From Yuukianura sp. NJ FZ-2021 (lineage: Eukaryota): a stretch of 29,211 nucleotides of DNA. Positions 26,137 through 29,211 of the stretch are shown here, one piece after another (position 1 is the first letter of the stretch; each line of letters starts with the position of its first letter). The notes beneath the pieces were generated by a model. It did no database searches and had not been told where the DNA came from. It saw nothing but the letters and a program-made list of their open reading frames with translations. The position numbers were made by a program, and so were the translations under genes. The stretch is from contig JAJCTO010000010.1 in NCBI GenBank assembly GCA_046563655.1, forward strand, positions 1,240,001 through 1,269,211. Direction: 5' to 3'.

Positions 26137-27566
26137 CTAATACAGTGGAGCGTAAAGAAGATGATGATATGAAGGACGCAGGAAAAGAATTGTGTGAAGA
26201 TGCTGCTATTTTAGAGGTTGCAAAATCAAATCCGCTACAACGTAGTCAACAATTTCATGAAGCAGTGAAAGATGCAATGCGCAAGAAATCTGCTACCGAA
26301 GTTGAGGTAATTTTTTTTTCTTAAGTTTTTCTTAAGTTTTTTTTTCTTCTTAGTGATGTAAGTACGGTTTGTAAAAGTGACCTAAGTAATCATTGAACGT
26401 TTTCCATTTAGGAGTCTGACCCGGAATTTTTGCCAAATGAGGATGAATTAGAGGTAGACGAAGATGATGAGCCAGAAGACGAAGGAGAAGAAGAAGAAGA
26501 AGACGCTGACAGTGAGGAGAACGAAGGAGGATCAGAAAGTGAAGACGCAGAGGTCAAGGTCATTGAGATTGAAAAAAAATGGCGGCTAAGGCTCCATCTT
26601 TTGTAAAGGTAAAGTCTAGAAATGAAATCAAAAGTATTACTTACAAAATTAGACTGCATTCGTACTTTTTTTTTCTTGACCTTCATAGAAGGCACAGAGT
26701 TCGAAAGACGCTGCAGTGAAAGCGCAAGGCCAGGTCAGACGGACTCATAGGCAAGCAGTGATAAAGACTGTGAAGGTATCTACGCCAAATCCTGCTAAAC
26801 GTGTGTTGACAAAGGTATGTAGTGCGATCATAAACGCTTTTTTTGGATGACGATGGTTTAGATGATTAACTTTCAAAATGTGATTCAAAATTTACAGTTG
26901 ACATACGGAACCGAAACGCCATCATCTGCATCCAATCCTAAGGCAGGATCCATAACATTTCGTTCCAAGCCGGGATACATACGACCCCAGGGTGCAAAAA
27001 AAGTGGCTGTCAAACGCTCGGCAAATAAAGTCAAGAAATTGGTAATACCAGAACTTATTACACAACATATGTCACATTAATATTTGATTAAAATAATTTG
27101 TCCTTGAATCAAGGAGCGCACTATCAGTGGAGAAGAGGACTCCCTATCGCATGACTCTTCGTACCAACCGATTAAGAAGAAGAAGAGGTCTGCAAGTGAC
27201 AACGTAAGCAAATTTGGTTTTAAAAAATTAGTTGTTTCTGTTTTAGTCCATAATTTAGGTCCAAAAATAATATGGTCTATATTAATGTATATTTTTAAAC
27301 CTTATTTTTAGGAACTTGTCTTGGACTTTGCACCAACGGATCACGGCGACAACTCGGACGTGTCAATGAGGGATGGAGACATCCACATTGGACAAAATGT
27401 GCACGTGAAGTGGCACAAGTTTAAAGGAAAAAACTATATCATGGTCCGTCACTTCGTCGGCGGAGCAGCAGATGGCCGGCGCGGGATTAATATAGATATG
27501 CAATATTTGCCAAATCTTAAGAAAGCAGTCGACACGGCATATAAATGCTACATGGATAGTCAGTGA
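26137..27566 (+). CDS. Spliced gene: acidic tract, Lys-rich region and NLS-like motif, C-terminal PC4/Sub1-like ssDNA-binding domain
   Basis: Exons ~26137-26306, 26412-26608, 26689-26814, 26898-27041, 27114-27203, 27312-27566 with GT..AG boundaries; one missing A must be assumed in the A8 run at ~26575. EEDDEPEDEGEEEEED-type tract; PIKKKKR; last exon IGQNVHVKWHKFKGKNYIMVRHF..GRRGINIDMQYLPNLKKAV resembles PC4 (FKGK..I.IR.....GRKGISL...W..LK). Confidence 0.65.
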
Positions 27567-27640
27567 GTACGATGTAGAACTTTCAAAAACTTTAATCCCA
27601 AATTGAAAATTTTTGAAAATTAAACTCGTCGTATGACGTC

Positions 27641-28628
27641 CTATCTGATGATTTTCACTTTGTTTTTCTTATTTTCCAAACAAATCCTGATTTTTTGTTC
27701 TTGATTTTTCTTTGCTCGTTTCCTGTCTCTTTCCAGCTGCCGCTTCAAGCGCTTGAGTTGTTGAACATTCTCGGGTTTTCTCTTTAAAATTAAAATTTGG
27801 TCACTTATATGCAATGTTACAATGTTCTGAGAATTATAGTTTTATCGATTAAAATAAAAACTTACGATTTCATATTGTTCTAGAGCCCAGTTTTGAATTG
27901 GGCGGACATCAAACCCAGTTCCCATACTTCGGAAGAAATTGTTTTTTTTCTAATAAAAAATTAAATAGTTATTCTGTGGCAAGAAAATGAACGAGACCAA
28001 CACCCAAGTAGTACATATGCACGTGGTACGTATGTGCTACTTGGGTGCAAAGCTTGCAGATTTTTTTACAAAACCCCGCGCAAACTCTGACACCTTATTG
28101 CAACCATACTCATAATCTTCGACAGCCAACTTAAACCTAACGTAATAAAAACCTATTGTGTTACACGTACAGGTGTTCTTCCAAATTGTTTAGTTTGGAT
28201 TCCTCTTCCATTCAGTACTGACTTCCGGCTCTTTGTTTTCTAAACAAAATAACAAACAAATTTTGAGATGAAAGCGTAAAAAAAAAATAACAGCAATATC
28301 AAAACATAGTAACAATCAATGTTAGGTTAAGTCAGGTTACACTTACAGGAGTCCCACCAACTTGTTTAGTATTGCATCCTCTTCCTTCCTGTACTGACTT
28401 CTGGCCTTTTTTGTTCTAAGCAAAACGACAAAGCAAATATTAAAATGAAATCGTAACAAAAAATAACACCAAATTAAAAAATACTAACAAAAACATCAAA
28501 AATAAGATCCTCAACCTTATGTTGTACATGTGAAATTGTGTAAACTTTAAATAATTTGAACCTGTAATAAAAATGTTATTGGTACCTTGTGGTTTTGTAG
28601 TTTGTTTTGTAGTTTCAATGCTTGCCAT
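27641..28628 (-). CDS. Small (~157 aa) basic protein of unknown function, 5 exons
   Basis: Phase-consistent model 28628-28516, 28415-28347, 28136-28070, 27949-27866, 27781-27641: MASIETTKQ..NIR|TKKARSQYRKEEDAILNKLVGLL|FKLAVEDYEYGCNKVSEFARGF|KKNNFFRSMG..EQYEI|RKPENVQQLKRLKRQLERDRKRAKK..*. The last acceptor (AAG) is weak. Confidence 0.5.
28001..28047. mobile_element. 47 bp hairpin insertion with CAC..GTG ends and a CAA direct repeat (mini CMC/CACTA-like remnant)
   Basis: CAA|CACCCAAGTAGTACATATG...CGTATGTGCTACTTGGGTG|CAA; 17/19 inverted repeat. Confidence 0.5.
28150..28440 (-). repeat. Diverged tandem duplication of a 69 bp exon with its splice sites (28347-28415 and 28171-28239)
   Basis: Shared TTGTTTAGT..TCCTCTTCC..GTACTGACTTC.GGC..TAA.CAAAA; both copies are 69 bp between AG and GT. 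Confidence 0.75.
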
Positions 28629-29211
28629 TTTTTCCCCATTTTGAAACTAAACGTATTAAAGCTTCTGCAAAAATTATTAACTTTCTTCTTAAAATTCTTT
28701 CTCAGCAACTGGGGAGGGTAGGGTATACGAATTAGTATTAGTTGGTTATTGTCGTCGAATTGCTTATAGCATTTTTTGTCGTCTTGTACTAACGAACGGA
28801 TGACAATAAATCAAAAGTGTGCAAGTAACTTTTTTTGCAAGTTGAAGTTATATCCTTTGGTTCAGAGAACCGAAAAGGCGTCGTGTCAGTTCGACACAAA
28901 GACAATCAGACTTGGATGGCAAATTGACAGACTGCATTTTTTGCCATCAAGTCATAAATACCTGGGGCAACTTGAGATTTGCGGCAGGCAGTAGTGGCTT
29001 ACAGCCCTCATCAAAAACCTACCTCGAAAGAGACTTTTTAACAGAGAAAATTGAAAGCACTAATATGGCATCATTAAAAAATTAAGCGTCAACTTAACCC
29101 AGTGAGATAGATATAGTGACTTGCACGTTCCGAGGTCATTCTGTCAATGAAAGTTCACATCATTAACAAATGCTACATGAGTCCTCCTGGATCAAGAAAA
29201 CCTACCTCGAA

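Noticed and set aside
26408..26695. Ser-rich 95 aa minus-strand ORF
   Set aside because: Antisense shadow of the acidic exon on the plus strand.
29013..29211. Repeated AAAACCTACCTCGAA near the window end
   Set aside because: Only two short copies, truncated by the window edge; not interpretable.

Overview
Eukaryotic nuclear DNA, most likely from a springtail (Collembola), judged from the COX1 peptide ([35 protein letters not shown]) and the pancrustacean gene order. The left flank (1-4127, minus) is an apparently intact Polinton/Maverick/adintovirus-type protein-primed DNA polymerase B gene split by five GT-AG introns. Positions ~4590-25990 are a ~21.4 kb compound insertion of invertebrate mitochondrial DNA (a NUMT, or an assembly chimera). 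Copy 1 runs cob-S2-[~149 bp repeat array]-nad1-L1-16S-V-12S-CR-I-Q-M-nad2-W-C-Y-cox1(5' stub). A 1.15 kb non-mitochondrial spacer with an inverted repeat and a minisatellite follows. Copy 2 runs [array]-nad1...cox1-L2-cox2-K-D-atp8-atp6-cox3. The two copies are a mosaic of identical tracts and highly divergent, mostly synonymous tracts. All four junctions carry fragments of the same flank motif (GACCCTGCATTCCCAGC). The right flank has a spliced gene ending in a PC4-like ssDNA-binding domain (plus) and a small spliced gene of unknown function (minus) with a duplicated exon and a 47 bp hairpin insertion. The flanks probably belong to one intron-rich Polinton-like element interrupted by the mtDNA (inference). 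All annotation was done by eye; coordinates may be off by a few bases.
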